NCBI GenBank assembly: GCA_030390025.1
Contig: JASTWF010000288.1
Location: 248,001 to 312,000 of the forward strand
Length of the DNA stretch: 64,000 nt
Reading direction: 5' to 3'
Origin: Squalus acanthias
Taxonomy: Eukaryota
Shown here: positions 63,401-64,000 of the stretch, in pieces
Numbering within the stretch: position 1 is the stretch's first letter
Layout: every line of letters begins with the position of its first letter
The notes under the pieces: model-generated
Database searches by the model: none
Told to the model about the DNA's origin: nothing
The model's input: the letters and a program-made list of their open reading frames with translations, nothing else
Position numbers and translations under genes: made by a program

Positions 63401-64000
63401 GAGAGATGTTTGTTTATTGGTAATGGAGAGATATTTGTTTATTGGTAATGGAGAGATGTTTGTTTATTGGTAATGGGGAGATATTTGTTTATTGGTAATG
63501 GAGAGATGTTTGTTTATTGGTAATGGAGAGATGTTTGTTTATTGGTAATGGGGAGATGTTTGTTTATTGGTAATGGGGACATGTTTGTTTATTGGTAATG
63601 GGGAGATGTTTGTTTATTGGTAATGGAGACATGTTAGTTTATTGGTAATGGGGACATGTTTGTTTATTGGTAATGGGGAGATATTTGTTTATTGGTAATG
63701 GAGAGATGTTTGTTTATTGGTAATGGGGACATGTTTGTTTATTGGTAATGGGGAGATATTTGTTCATTGGTAATGGAGAGATGTTTGTTTATTGGTAATG
63801 GGGAGATATTTGTTTATTGGTAATGGGGAGATGTTTGTTTATTGGTAATGGGGAGATGTTTGTTTATTGGTAATGGGGAGATGTTTGTTTATTGGTAATG
63901 GGGAGATGTTTGTTTATTGGTAATGGAGAGATATTTGTTTATTGGTAATGGAAGAGATGTTTGTTTATTGTTAATGGAGAGATGTTTGTTTATTGGTAAT
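51425..64000. repeat. 25-bp minisatellite array (ggggagatgtttgtttattggtaat)n, reverse complement of the 8905-14693 array
   Basis: Directly visible, >12.5 kb, with gagat/gacat and gggga/ggaga variants and a noisy stretch at ~51870-52330. Confidence 0.98.

Overview
Eukaryotic, repeat-dense window, most likely from a cartilaginous fish (shark-type CR1, L2, RTE, Penelope-like elements, a Deu-domain SINE, Harbinger-like MITEs and several minisatellites). The main gene is a divergent, non-classical MHC class I heavy-chain gene on the + strand. It has five phase-1 exons: leader 21691-21766, alpha1 27374-27634, alpha2 34416-34690, alpha3 49245-49514 and TM 50564-50671. It lacks the classical peptide-anchor residues, has both alpha2 disulfide cysteines replaced by Val, and carries a 1-nt frameshift late in alpha2. 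On the - strand, embedded among satellite arrays, is a splice-compatible exon chain (21341-21022 -> 8894-8571 -> 7983-7708). The last two exons encode homologous copies of an unannotated, GxW-initiated, probably beta-barrel domain. The order of satellites and the splice phases along this chain mirror what follows the MHC TM exon. It may therefore be the extended cytoplasmic part of an inverted class I paralogue, or a separate divergently transcribed gene. Also present are ~200-bp hairpin insertions with target-site duplications and hammerhead-ribozyme-like cores, an ~8.8-kb polypyrimidine tract abutting the alpha3 acceptor, and a 500-N scaffold gap. All coordinates were read by eye and no database searches were run.
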